Positions 28,217 to 36,424 of a stretch of 64,000 bases of DNA are shown here, in pieces; position 1 is the stretch's first letter; every line of letters starts with the position of its first letter. The DNA is from Dethiobacter sp. Its GTDB lineage: Bacteria > Bacillota > Dethiobacteria > Dethiobacterales > Dethiobacteraceae. The stretch spans positions 3,513 through 67,512 of the forward strand of contig JAGXTN010000058.1 in NCBI GenBank assembly GCA_018333455.1. The letters are read 5' to 3'. Position numbers and translations under genes: made by a program. The notes below the pieces were generated by a model that was not told the origin of the DNA, ran no database searches, and worked only from the letters and a program-made list of their open reading frames with translations.

Positions 28217-29172
28217 AACGAAAAAAAAGATTTGCCGTAATTATCGGCAAGGGGAAGAAAAAAGGCATTAGGGAGAAATTTCTCCAGGGGATTATGACAT
28301 TGGTTGTGGCAGTACTCGTTTTACAGGTAGCCTATTTTTTTGCCAGAAGCACACTGACCGGTCTGCTGCTAAAAACTGTCGTCAGCGAGGAGAGCGTGTT
28401 GGAGCAGCTTGTTTCAGTTAGCGGAGTAATTGTGCGCGAAGAGCATGTGGTGGCGGCGCCGGTTACCGGCACCGTCCGCTGGGTAGCTGCTGCCGGCGCG
28501 CGGCTGGCGGCAGGAGCGAGTGTAGCTAAGATTTATACTGCGGACGGCGACGTGCAAAATATTGCCGCACCGGTATCCGGCGTGATGATTCCTGTGCTTG
28601 ACGGACTAGAAGGCGCGTTGCAACCGGCTGACTTGGAGCGGGTTGATGTGTCAGAAGTTCGTAAGCTGTCTGAAAAAAACCAAGCCGTGCCGGATGGTGC
28701 AGAAATAAAGCAGGGTACCATTTTTTTTAAGTTGGTAGACAATTTTAGCTGGTATTATGTCGTTGATTTGACCAGAGCTGATTTTGCGCTGTTGACACCG
28801 CAAAGAAACCGCCTGCGTTTCGCTTTCTCGCCGGAAGAAGAAGTGCCGGCTTCATGGGCGGTGCTCAAAGAAGACGCAGATACTGTCCGCTTGGCTTTTG
28901 CGCTCAGCGAGGATGTGGAAGGTTTCTTTGTTCAACGGCTTAGCGATGCGGAAATCGTGGTGAGCAGAATTACAGGTTTTGTCTTGCCATCGTCGGCGCT
29001 GATTTCGCGGGGAGCTGAACAAGGAGTCTACCTTCTTGAAAAGTCGCTAGTGAGCTTTCTGCCAGTCAAAGTGCTGGGCGAGGTGGGGGAGAACGTGGTG
29101 ATTGAGGGTGTCAGGAGCGGAAGAACAGTGATAATAAATCCGTTTCTCGTCAGGGAAGGACAGCGCCTATGA
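28213..29172 (+). CDS. Membrane-anchored HlyD/membrane-fusion-like protein (barrel-sandwich domain) of unknown function
   Basis: Basic N-terminus plus one TM helix. The two halves of a lipoyl-like barrel-sandwich (VAAPVTGTVRWV..GA.V..GASVAKIY and IAAPVSGVMIPVLDG) have almost no hairpin between them. Confidence 0.55.
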   Translation: MKRKKRFAVIIGKGKKKGIREKFLQGIMTLVVAVLVLQVAYFFARSTLTGLLLKTVVSEESVLEQLVSVSGVIVREEHVVAAPVTGTVRWVAAAGARLAAGASVAKIYTADGDVQNIAAPVSGVMIPVLDGLEGALQPADLERVDVSEVRKLSEKNQAVPDGAEIKQGTIFFKLVDNFSWYYVVDLTRADFALLTPQRNRLRFAFSPEEEVPASWAVLKEDADTVRLAFALSEDVEGFFVQRLSDAEIVVSRITGFVLPSSALISRGAEQGVYLLEKSLVSFLPVKVLGEVGENVVIEGVRSGRTVIINPFLVREGQRL

Positions 29173-29855
29173 GCAGTTTGGCGGCACGGTTGGCAGAGTT
29201 CCGTATTCGTTTGTCTCGGGCGACACAGCGCAGCGGCCGTGGCAATGTGGGCATGGTAGCAGTTACTAAAACGGTGCCGACTGCAATCATTGCTGAGGCG
29301 ATAGCTCTGGGTTTGACAGTTTTCGGGGAAAATCGCGTACAGGAGGCGTGGCCTAAAATAGAAGCCTTGCCAACAGTCGAGTGGCATTTTATTGGGCGCC
29401 TGCAGACTAACAAAGTAAAGGATGTGGTGGGACGGTTTCAGCTGATTCACTCTCTGGACCGCTGGCGCTTGGCAGAGGCATTGCAGAGAGAGGCGCAAGC
29501 GCAAAACTTGCGGGTTAGCGTGCTGATTCAAGTTAATCTGGGCGGCGAAGAGCAAAAGGGAGGGATCTCTCCCGCAGAGCTTCAAGATTTTCTTTCGGCT
29601 ACGGTTGACTTGCCGCAGTTGCAGGTGGAAGGTCTGATGGCAATCCCGCCATACATGACAGATCCGGAGGAAGCCCGGCCATATTTTCGGGAAATGTTCC
29701 GGTTGTTTAGCGACTGTCGGCTGCCCGGCAGAGGAATGAAGATATTATCTATGGGCATGTCTAATGATTTTGAAGTGGCAATTGAAGAAGGCGCCAATCT
29801 GATCCGGGTGGGCAGCTTGCTGTTTGGCAGAGAAAAATATAGTCAGGGGGAATGA
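29169..29855 (+). CDS. yggS: PLP homeostasis protein YggS/YlmE
   Basis: VAVTKT, GENRVQE, HFIGRLQTNK and SMGMSNDF..IRVGSLLFG motifs. Confidence 0.94.
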   Translation: MSSLAARLAEFRIRLSRATQRSGRGNVGMVAVTKTVPTAIIAEAIALGLTVFGENRVQEAWPKIEALPTVEWHFIGRLQTNKVKDVVGRFQLIHSLDRWRLAEALQREAQAQNLRVSVLIQVNLGGEEQKGGISPAELQDFLSATVDLPQLQVEGLMAIPPYMTDPEEARPYFREMFRLFSDCRLPGRGMKILSMGMSNDFEVAIEEGANLIRVGSLLFGREKYSQGE

Positions 29856-30280
29856 AGGTGGCAAAAATCTGGGAGAAAGTGTTGTCGTTTCTGGGCTTGA
29901 TGGAAGTGACTGAAGAAGAGGAAATTATTGAGGATTCGGAATTTGTTCGTCCTCCCGCCCGCAAAGGAGCGGTACTGAATTTACATAGTGCCAAGAATAT
30001 GCGCCTTGTGATTATTAAGCCGATGGAGTTCCAAGAAGCTCAACAGATTGTCGAGCATATTAAAAACAGGAAACCGGTTCTTGTTAATCTGGAAGAGACA
30101 GATAAGAACGAAGCTAAGCGGATCATTGATTTTATCGCCGGGGCTACATTTGCACTAGATGGCAATATGCAGAAGGTGAGTCAGCAGATTTTTGTCTTTG
30201 CGCCTGCGCAGGTAGAGGTAAATGCAGAAATTCGTAAAGAATTAAGTGGTCGGGGTGTGGCTGCTACACTGGAAGATTAA
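29852..30280 (+). CDS. sepF: Cell division protein SepF
   Basis: 142 aa. Core V.I.P..F.EAQQIVEHIKNRKPVLVNLE..D...AKRIIDFIAGATFALDG. Confidence 0.92.
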   Translation: MKVAKIWEKVLSFLGLMEVTEEEEIIEDSEFVRPPARKGAVLNLHSAKNMRLVIIKPMEFQEAQQIVEHIKNRKPVLVNLEETDKNEAKRIIDFIAGATFALDGNMQKVSQQIFVFAPAQVEVNAEIRKELSGRGVAATLED

Positions 30281-30605
30281 GGAGCTGATTGTTATTCCCA
30301 CTTTTTCATTGGCTTACAACCTTGTTGCCTTGATTGGCCTAATGTTTCAGTTATTTTACTACATGTTGTTCGGACGTATTATTTTCTCCTTCATCCGCTT
30401 GGGCAGGGATGCTAACCCTACGCTGCTGTCAGTTCGCCAATTTATCAATCTTGTGACAGAACCGGTGTTGTCACCAATCCGCAAGCTGATTCCGCCGCTT
30501 CATCTGGGGAATGGAGCATATTTCGATTTGTCCGCACTGATTTTGATTATTTTGTTACCCTATCTCGAACGGCTGATGATCAGGCTGGTTTTGCTGATTT
30601 TTTAG
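30246..30605 (+). CDS. yggT: YggT/YlmG-family membrane protein (start uncertain)
   Basis: Two or more hydrophobic helices at the conserved position after sepF. Candidate starts are GTG 30246/30255, TTG 30309 and ATG 30342. None has a clear RBS. Confidence 0.75.
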   Translation: MVGVWLLHWKIKELIVIPTFSLAYNLVALIGLMFQLFYYMLFGRIIFSFIRLGRDANPTLLSVRQFINLVTEPVLSPIRKLIPPLHLGNGAYFDLSALILIILLPYLERLMIRLVLLIF

Positions 30606-30618
30606 CACTGGAGGCACT

Positions 30619-31407
30619 ATGGAACGGGAAAAAATATTGCAACGCTTTGTGCAAGAGCTTGAACGGATTACGGCGGGAATAATTCTCGACCGGATCGAGC
30701 AACTGGAAAAGAATGGACAGTGGCAAGTCAGCGATTTCTTGGACCCGCACCAACAGCGGACGGCAGACCGCGTTTTACATTTTTTCCAGGAGCTAAAATC
30801 CGTCACCTGGGGCGGTTATCCAGAGGCGGAACGGTGCCGCCTGCTATTTTATCCGGCGGAGCGGCAAGCCGGTACAGCAGATGTGGCTCTTGCTGCCCTG
30901 GAGGTTGATGCAGGTATGCGGGCGGAGCAGCTTACCCATCGCGATTTTCTCGGCGCCATTTTAGGACTTGGGCTGCGCCGGGAAAAAATCGGCGACATCT
31001 TGGTTTTGGAGCAAAGAAAAGCGCAAATTATCGTTCAGCCAGAAATTTTGCCTTTTTTGCTCTCAAGCTGGGAAGAAGTAGGCAAATATAGTGTTGCTGT
31101 CCGGGAAATAAAGCTCGAGCAACTTGCCCCGCCACCAATCCAGGTTAAAGAAATTAAAACTACGGTGGCCAGCCTGCGCCTGGATGCGGTAGCAAGTGCC
31201 GGTTTTGCCTTGTCTCGCAGTAAACTGGCACCGGCAATCCGTGCCAACCAAGTTAAGCTGAATTGGCAGTCTGTAACTAGCGCCAGCGCTTCTGTAAAAG
31301 CGGGAGATATAATTTCTTTGGCTGGGCGTGGACGGGTGGAGGTAGCGGAAGTTCTTGGCGAAAGCAAGAAAGGGCGGATTCAGCTTTTGCTGAAAAAAAG
31401 GCTGTAA
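30619..31407 (+). CDS. ylmH: YlmH RNA-binding protein (S4 domain)
   Basis: C-terminal S4-like LRLDAVASAGFALSRSKLAPAIRANQVKLN. Conserved position before divIVA. Confidence 0.88.
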   Translation: MEREKILQRFVQELERITAGIILDRIEQLEKNGQWQVSDFLDPHQQRTADRVLHFFQELKSVTWGGYPEAERCRLLFYPAERQAGTADVALAALEVDAGMRAEQLTHRDFLGAILGLGLRREKIGDILVLEQRKAQIIVQPEILPFLLSSWEEVGKYSVAVREIKLEQLAPPPIQVKEIKTTVASLRLDAVASAGFALSRSKLAPAIRANQVKLNWQSVTSASASVKAGDIISLAGRGRVEVAEVLGESKKGRIQLLLKKRL

Positions 31408-31476
31408 AGGGCAGGATTTTAGTCATTCTTCAGCGAAATAATGGGAGAGATGGAAAATTATGCGGAGGTGGATAGT

Positions 31477-31971
31477 GTGCCGTTAACGCCGATTGATATT
31501 CAGAATAAAGAATTTAGCCGCTCAATGCGAGGGTACTCTCCCAGGGAAGTGGATGAATTTCTGGAACATTTGTCTAAAGATTATGAGACACTGATTAAAG
31601 AAAATATTTCTACAAAGGAGCAGCTTTCTCAGTTAAAGGACAAGCTGAGCCACTACCATAAATTGGAAGAAACGCTGCATAATGCGATCGTGGTTGCTCA
31701 GGAAGCAGCGGAGGAAGTGAAGCGGAACGCTTCAAGGGAAGCTGAGCTGATTCGGCGCGAGGCTGAAAAAGATGCGGCCCGTAATATGGATGAGGCTCGT
31801 TATAAAGCGAGCAAAATCCTTTCAGAGCATGAAGAGGTGTATAAGCAGGCACAAATTTACAAGATGCGTTTCCGCTCCTTGGTGGAGGCACAGTTGGCTG
31901 CTCTAGAAATGGAAGATTGGTATACGCTTAATTTAGCGCAGGATCGGGATGCGGTTAAGCGCGGCGCCTAA
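31477..31971 (+). CDS. divIVA: Septum-site determining protein DivIVA
   Basis: (V)PLTPIDIQNKEFSRSMRGYSPREVDEFL is the DivIVA N-terminus. GTG start 6 nt after GGAGGTG. Confidence 0.92.
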   Translation: MPLTPIDIQNKEFSRSMRGYSPREVDEFLEHLSKDYETLIKENISTKEQLSQLKDKLSHYHKLEETLHNAIVVAQEAAEEVKRNASREAELIRREAEKDAARNMDEARYKASKILSEHEEVYKQAQIYKMRFRSLVEAQLAALEMEDWYTLNLAQDRDAVKRGA

Positions 31972-32000
31972 AGCACACTGCTTGAGCCGGACGCTCTGCC

Positions 32001-32030
32001 TTGACAGGCGACTGCTTTTTTGTTTATAAT
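32001..32030 (+). promoter_or_regulatory. Sigma-A promoter for ileS
   Basis: TTGACA (32001-32006), an 18-nt spacer, then TATAAT (32025-32030). Confidence 0.65.
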
Positions 32031-32132
32031 GAAGCCGTTATCTAAGGAAGCGGCCGCAAAGTATTTTTGCGGCTAGCGGGATGGTGCCGCCGGTCGAAAC
32101 GCTCGTCCTCATGATAGGACGGGTGTTTTTTT
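32031..32132 (+). promoter_or_regulatory. Short ileS leader with an intrinsic terminator and a T-box-like 16-mer (class uncertain)
   Basis: GGGAUGGUGCCGCCGG at 32078-32093 resembles the T-box core GGGUGGUACCGCG. AUC lies at 32040-32042. An 8-bp hairpin spans 32053-32073. The terminator spans 32100-32132. Confidence 0.4.
32100..32132 (+). terminator. Intrinsic terminator (attenuator) 36 nt upstream of the ileS start
   Basis: cgctcgtcct-catgat-aggacgggtg (10 bp including G-U pairs) followed by T7. Confidence 0.8.
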
Positions 32133-32168
32133 AGAGGTGCACCATGCAATTGACGGAGGGACATAATA

Positions 32169-34937
32169 GTGGAAAAAGATTATGCTAAGACGCTGAATTT
32201 GCCGCAAACAGAATTTCCGATGCGGGCCGGGTTGCCGCTGCGTGAGCCGGATTTTTTGGCGAAATGGCAAGAACTTGACATTTATCAAAGAGTGCAGGAA
32301 AAAAGACAAGGGCAGCCTAAATATATTTTGCACGATGGGCCGCCGTACGCTAACGGCGACATACACATGGGAACGGCCATGAATAAAGTGTTAAAAGATA
32401 TTATTGTTAAACACAGAAGTATGCTGGGTTTTGACGCGCCCTATGTTCCCGGCTGGGATACGCACGGTCTGCCGATCGAACATCAGGTGGTAAAAGTGGG
32501 TAAAATTAAACGCAGCGAAGTTTCTCCGGTGGAGTTTCGCCGCCATTGCCGCGATTTTGCGCTGCGCTTTCTTGATGTGCAGCGAGAACAGTTTAAGCGG
32601 CTGGGAGTAAGGGGAGATTGGGACAATCCTTATGTGACTTTGAAACCGGAATTTGAAGCCAGACAGATTACGGTCTTTGGGGAAATGGCACAAAAAGGTT
32701 ATATTTACAAAGGCTTAAAGCCGGTGCACTGGTGTCCGCAGTGTGAAACTGCGCTGGCGGAAGCAGAAATTGAGTATAATGAGCATCGGTCGCCGTCTAT
32801 CTATGTCCGCTTTCCGGTGTTTGATGACAGAGGAAAGTTGGCGCCGGCAGCAGAGGTTTACTTTGTGATTTGGACTACTACTCCTTGGACGATTCCTGCC
32901 AATTTGGCCATTTGCCTCCATCCTGAGTATAGCTATCTTCGCATAAGCACGCCGGAGCACGGCGACTTAATTTTAGCCGAGGAACTGCTCGGTAACGTAA
33001 TTGAGACTCTGCAGATTACGGGCTATAAGGTGTTGGGCAAATATAAAGGCGCAGATTTGGAAGGCATTCTTTGCCAGCACCCGCTATATGAGCGGATGTC
33101 ACCGATCGTACTTGGCAGGCATGTGACGCTCGAGGCAGGTACTGGCTGTGTACATACAGCCCCGGGTCACGGCCAGGATGATTACGAGGTGGGCCTTAAG
33201 TACGGGTTGGATATTCTTGCTCCCTTGGATCATGCCGGTTGCTTCACCGGCGAAGCAGGCCCTTTTGCGGGACTTCATTATCAGGAAGGTAACAAGCAGG
33301 TGACACAAGCGTTAAAAGACGCAGGCGCTCTTTTGTACTTTTCCTTTATTAAGCACCCTTATCCACATTGCTGGCGCTGCAAAGAGCCGGTACTCTTCAG
33401 AGCTACTGAACAGTGGTTCGCCTCGGTGGAAGGATTTCGGCAAGCGGCGCTGTCGGCGATTAAAGAGGTGCAGTGGATTCCGGCCTGGGGGCAGGAGCGG
33501 ATTTACAATATGATTGTGGATCGGCATGACTGGTGTATTTCCCGTCAGCGTGTCTGGGGAGTGCCCATCCCCATCTTTTACTGCACCGCCTGCAACAAAG
33601 AACTAATCAACGAAGACACAATTCGGGCAGTGGTGGAGTTGTTTGGCAAGGAAGGCTCTGACGCATGGTTTATTCGTGACGCGTCGGAAATCCTGCCGGC
33701 GGGCACTTTATGTCCCGGCTGCAGCCACGCCGAATTTCGCAAGGAAACTGATATTATGGACGTCTGGTTTGATTCCGGCTCCACCCATGCTGCCGTATTA
33801 GAAACTTATCCTGAACTGAGGTCGCCTGCCGACCTGTATTTGGAAGGGTCAGACCAGTACCGCGGCTGGTTCCAATCTTCGCTGCTTACGTCTGTGGCTA
33901 CCCGCGGTCGTGCGCCCTACAAAGCCACGCTGACCCATGGGTGGGTGGTTGATGGCGAAGGCAAAAAAATGTCCAAGTCGTTGGGTAATGTGATCGCCCC
34001 GGAGCAGATTATCAAACAGTATGGTGCCGATATTTTGCGGCTCTGGGTTTCTTCTTCGGATTTCAAGAGCGATGTGCGGGTCTCCCACGATATTTTGAAA
34101 CAACTGGTGGAAGTATATCGCAAAATTCGTAATACCATACGTTACTTTTTAGGGAATTGCTATGATTTTAATCCCGAAACAGACAAAATGCCTTACAGCG
34201 AACTGGACGAACTGGACCGTTACGCTTTGCATCGTCTGCAGCTCTTGGTGGAGAGAGTCAGCCGCGCCTATGCTGAATTCGACCTGCACGTCGTATTCCA
34301 TACCATTCACAATTTTTGTGTGCTGGAAATGTCCAACTTTTATCTGGATGTTTTAAAAGATAGGCTATATACTTCGCCGGCTGCTTCTCCGGCCCGCCGT
34401 TCCGCACAGACGGCAATGCACGAAATTCTGGTTGTACTTGTTAGACTGATCGCACCGGTGCTCACTTTTTCCGCAGAAGAAGTTTGGGAATATCTCCCTG
34501 GGAAGAAGGAGGTGTCGGTACAGTTGGCAGATTGGCCTAAGACGTCCGAGGAGTACAAAGATAATCTACTGGCTGCCCGCTGGCAAAAATTGCTGGAGTA
34601 CAGGGAAATTGTGACCGGTCAGTTGGAAGAAGCGCGCAAAGAGAAGCTAATCGGCGCATCGCTGGGTGCTGCCCTTGAACTCTACCCGGATGAAGTGGCA
34701 TACGAAGCGCTTGCGCCGTTTAGGGAGCGCTTGGCGGAAATATTTTTAGTTTCTGCTTGCAGCCTGCATCAGCCGGGAAACGTGTCGGGTGTGCTGCCGG
34801 CTGAAAAAGGGCTGGCACTCAAGGTAAGCCCGGCAAGCGGCGAAAAATGTGGGCGTTGCTGGCTGATTCATCCCGGGGTGGGTGAAAACAGAGAGCATCC
34901 CACAATTTGTCCGCGTTGCAGCCAGATTGTGGCTTAG
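32169..34937 (+). CDS. ileS: Isoleucine--tRNA ligase
   Basis: [12 protein letters not shown] (HIGH) and KMSKSLGN (KMSKS) motifs. C-terminal CGRCW...CPRC zinc finger. GTG start. Confidence 0.97.
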   Translation: MEKDYAKTLNLPQTEFPMRAGLPLREPDFLAKWQELDIYQRVQEKRQGQPKYILHDGPPYANGDIHMGTAMNKVLKDIIVKHRSMLGFDAPYVPGWDTHGLPIEHQVVKVGKIKRSEVSPVEFRRHCRDFALRFLDVQREQFKRLGVRGDWDNPYVTLKPEFEARQITVFGEMAQKGYIYKGLKPVHWCPQCETALAEAEIEYNEHRSPSIYVRFPVFDDRGKLAPAAEVYFVIWTTTPWTIPANLAICLHPEYSYLRISTPEHGDLILAEELLGNVIETLQITGYKVLGKYKGADLEGILCQHPLYERMSPIVLGRHVTLEAGTGCVHTAPGHGQDDYEVGLKYGLDILAPLDHAGCFTGEAGPFAGLHYQEGNKQVTQALKDAGALLYFSFIKHPYPHCWRCKEPVLFRATEQWFASVEGFRQAALSAIKEVQWIPAWGQERIYNMIVDRHDWCISRQRVWGVPIPIFYCTACNKELINEDTIRAVVELFGKEGSDAWFIRDASEILPAGTLCPGCSHAEFRKETDIMDVWFDSGSTHAAVLETYPELRSPADLYLEGSDQYRGWFQSSLLTSVATRGRAPYKATLTHGWVVDGEGKKMSKSLGNVIAPEQIIKQYGADILRLWVSSSDFKSDVRVSHDILKQLVEVYRKIRNTIRYFLGNCYDFNPETDKMPYSELDELDRYALHRLQLLVERVSRAYAEFDLHVVFHTIHNFCVLEMSNFYLDVLKDRLYTSPAASPARRSAQTAMHEILVVLVRLIAPVLTFSAEEVWEYLPGKKEVSVQLADWPKTSEEYKDNLLAARWQKLLEYREIVTGQLEEARKEKLIGASLGAALELYPDEVAYEALAPFRERLAEIFLVSACSLHQPGNVSGVLPAEKGLALKVSPASGEKCGRCWLIHPGVGENREHPTICPRCSQIVA

Positions 34938-35009
34938 CAGTGCTAGCTAAAGGAATTGCGCTGTTATTTTAACATGCCCTGTGGTAAGATAACAACGAGG
35001 TGGTGCGAA

Positions 35010-35183
35010 ATGGAAAGGGAAGTTTTCGTCGCTATTATTCGGGAAAATTTGGAAGATGGCAGGCTTTATTGTGCAAAGGCATTCGAGCTAGCGGCAGCGC
35101 ATGGTTTTAAGCTTTGGCAGGTCGGTCAAATTTGTGAGGAAGAGAAGATAAAAATTAAAGGCTGCCAACTAGGCTGCTTCTAG
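35010..35183 (+). CDS. Small hypothetical protein (57 aa) ending in a CQLGCF motif
   Basis: GAGGTGG RBS 6 nt upstream of the ATG at 35010. Ends 9 nt before moeA. I do not recognise the family. Confidence 0.5.
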   Translation: MEREVFVAIIRENLEDGRLYCAKAFELAAAHGFKLWQVGQICEEEKIKIKGCQLGCF

Positions 35184-35192
35184 GAGAACAGA

Positions 35193-36407
35193 ATGCTGAC
35201 AGTGCTAAGTGTGGCGGAGGCAAAAGCAAAAATTTTGGCTGCTGTACCGGCTGGAACAGAGCAAGAGCGCATTTTGCTTACGGCTGCTACGGGCCGCACG
35301 TTGGCTGAGCCGGTAGCGGCAAAGGAAGATTTGCCGTCGTTTGCTCGCTCAACCATGGATGGCTTTGCAGTTAGAGCGCAAGATAGTTACGGGGCGTCGG
35401 AGGCTATGCCGGCGCTCTTTGATGTAGGCGGAGAAATTTTAATGGGCTGGGCGCCGGAAGTAGCATTGGCTCCCGGACAGGCAATGCGGATTGCTACCGG
35501 CGGGATGTTGCCGGCGGGCAGTGATGCGGTGGCAATGGTGGAACACACAGAAATGCTGGGTGGCAAGAGCATGGCTCTGAACAGGGCCGTGGCACCGGGC
35601 GAGAATATCATTCTCAGGGGCGAAGATCTCCGGGCCGGCGAAAGCATCTTGCTTCCGGGACAGGTGCTGAGGCCTCAGGATATCGGTGTTCTGGCGGCAC
35701 TGGGAGCGCAGCTGGTGACTGTAGCAAAAAAACCGCGGGTGGCTATTTTTTCCACCGGGGATGAGCTGGTGATGCCGGATGTGGAGCCTAAAGCAGGCCA
35801 AATTCGGGATATTAACTCATATATGCTCGCTTCCTGGGTAGAAAGTTGTGGGGCGGTGGCAGACCGTCGCGGCATTATTCCGGACAGCAGAGACGCTCTT
35901 AGGGCCGCTTTGCAGGAAACCGGCACTTATGACTGTATTCTTCTTTCAGGTGGCAGCTCTGCCGGGACACGCGATTACACCGCGGCATGTATTGATGAAC
36001 TGGGGAAACCGGGAGTGCTCTTCCATGGTGTCTCAATGCGCCCGGGGAAGCCGCTGATTTTTGGTGTGGTTAACGGAAAACCGTATTTTGGCTTGTCGGG
36101 CAATCCTGCGTCTGCCATGGTTGGGTTTTTGCTCCTGGTACGTCCGCTGCTTTGGCAAATGCAGGGAGCAACCGAGACGCTTCCGTTGTTTCGGGCCAAA
36201 GTGGAGCGGAATCTGTCGTCTGCCAGTGGTCGGGAGGATTATATTCGCGCTTGGCTGTATGCCGAGGGAGATGAGCTCTGGGCCCGTCCCATTCTGGGGC
36301 AGGCGAACCTGATTTCCACTGTGGTGCGGGGGAATGCTTTGCTCCGTATTCCGCAAAATAGTGAAGGGGTGGAAGCCGGGGAGTCGGTGGAAGTATTGTT
36401 AATTTAG
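35193..36407 (+). CDS. moeA: Molybdopterin molybdenumtransferase MoeA
   Basis: MoeA N / MoCF / C-terminal layout with SGGSSAGTRDY and GNPASA motifs. Confidence 0.9.
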   Translation: MLTVLSVAEAKAKILAAVPAGTEQERILLTAATGRTLAEPVAAKEDLPSFARSTMDGFAVRAQDSYGASEAMPALFDVGGEILMGWAPEVALAPGQAMRIATGGMLPAGSDAVAMVEHTEMLGGKSMALNRAVAPGENIILRGEDLRAGESILLPGQVLRPQDIGVLAALGAQLVTVAKKPRVAIFSTGDELVMPDVEPKAGQIRDINSYMLASWVESCGAVADRRGIIPDSRDALRAALQETGTYDCILLSGGSSAGTRDYTAACIDELGKPGVLFHGVSMRPGKPLIFGVVNGKPYFGLSGNPASAMVGFLLLVRPLLWQMQGATETLPLFRAKVERNLSSASGREDYIRAWLYAEGDELWARPILGQANLISTVVRGNALLRIPQNSEGVEAGESVEVLLI

Positions 36408-36424
36408 GGCTGAGGTGAACTTTT

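Noticed and set aside
34938-35192. Looked for a Moco riboswitch upstream of the molybdenum cofactor genes
   Set aside because: Only about 70 nt of non-coding sequence is available, and I saw no Moco-motif-like conserved stems. The space is instead occupied by a small ORF with an RBS.
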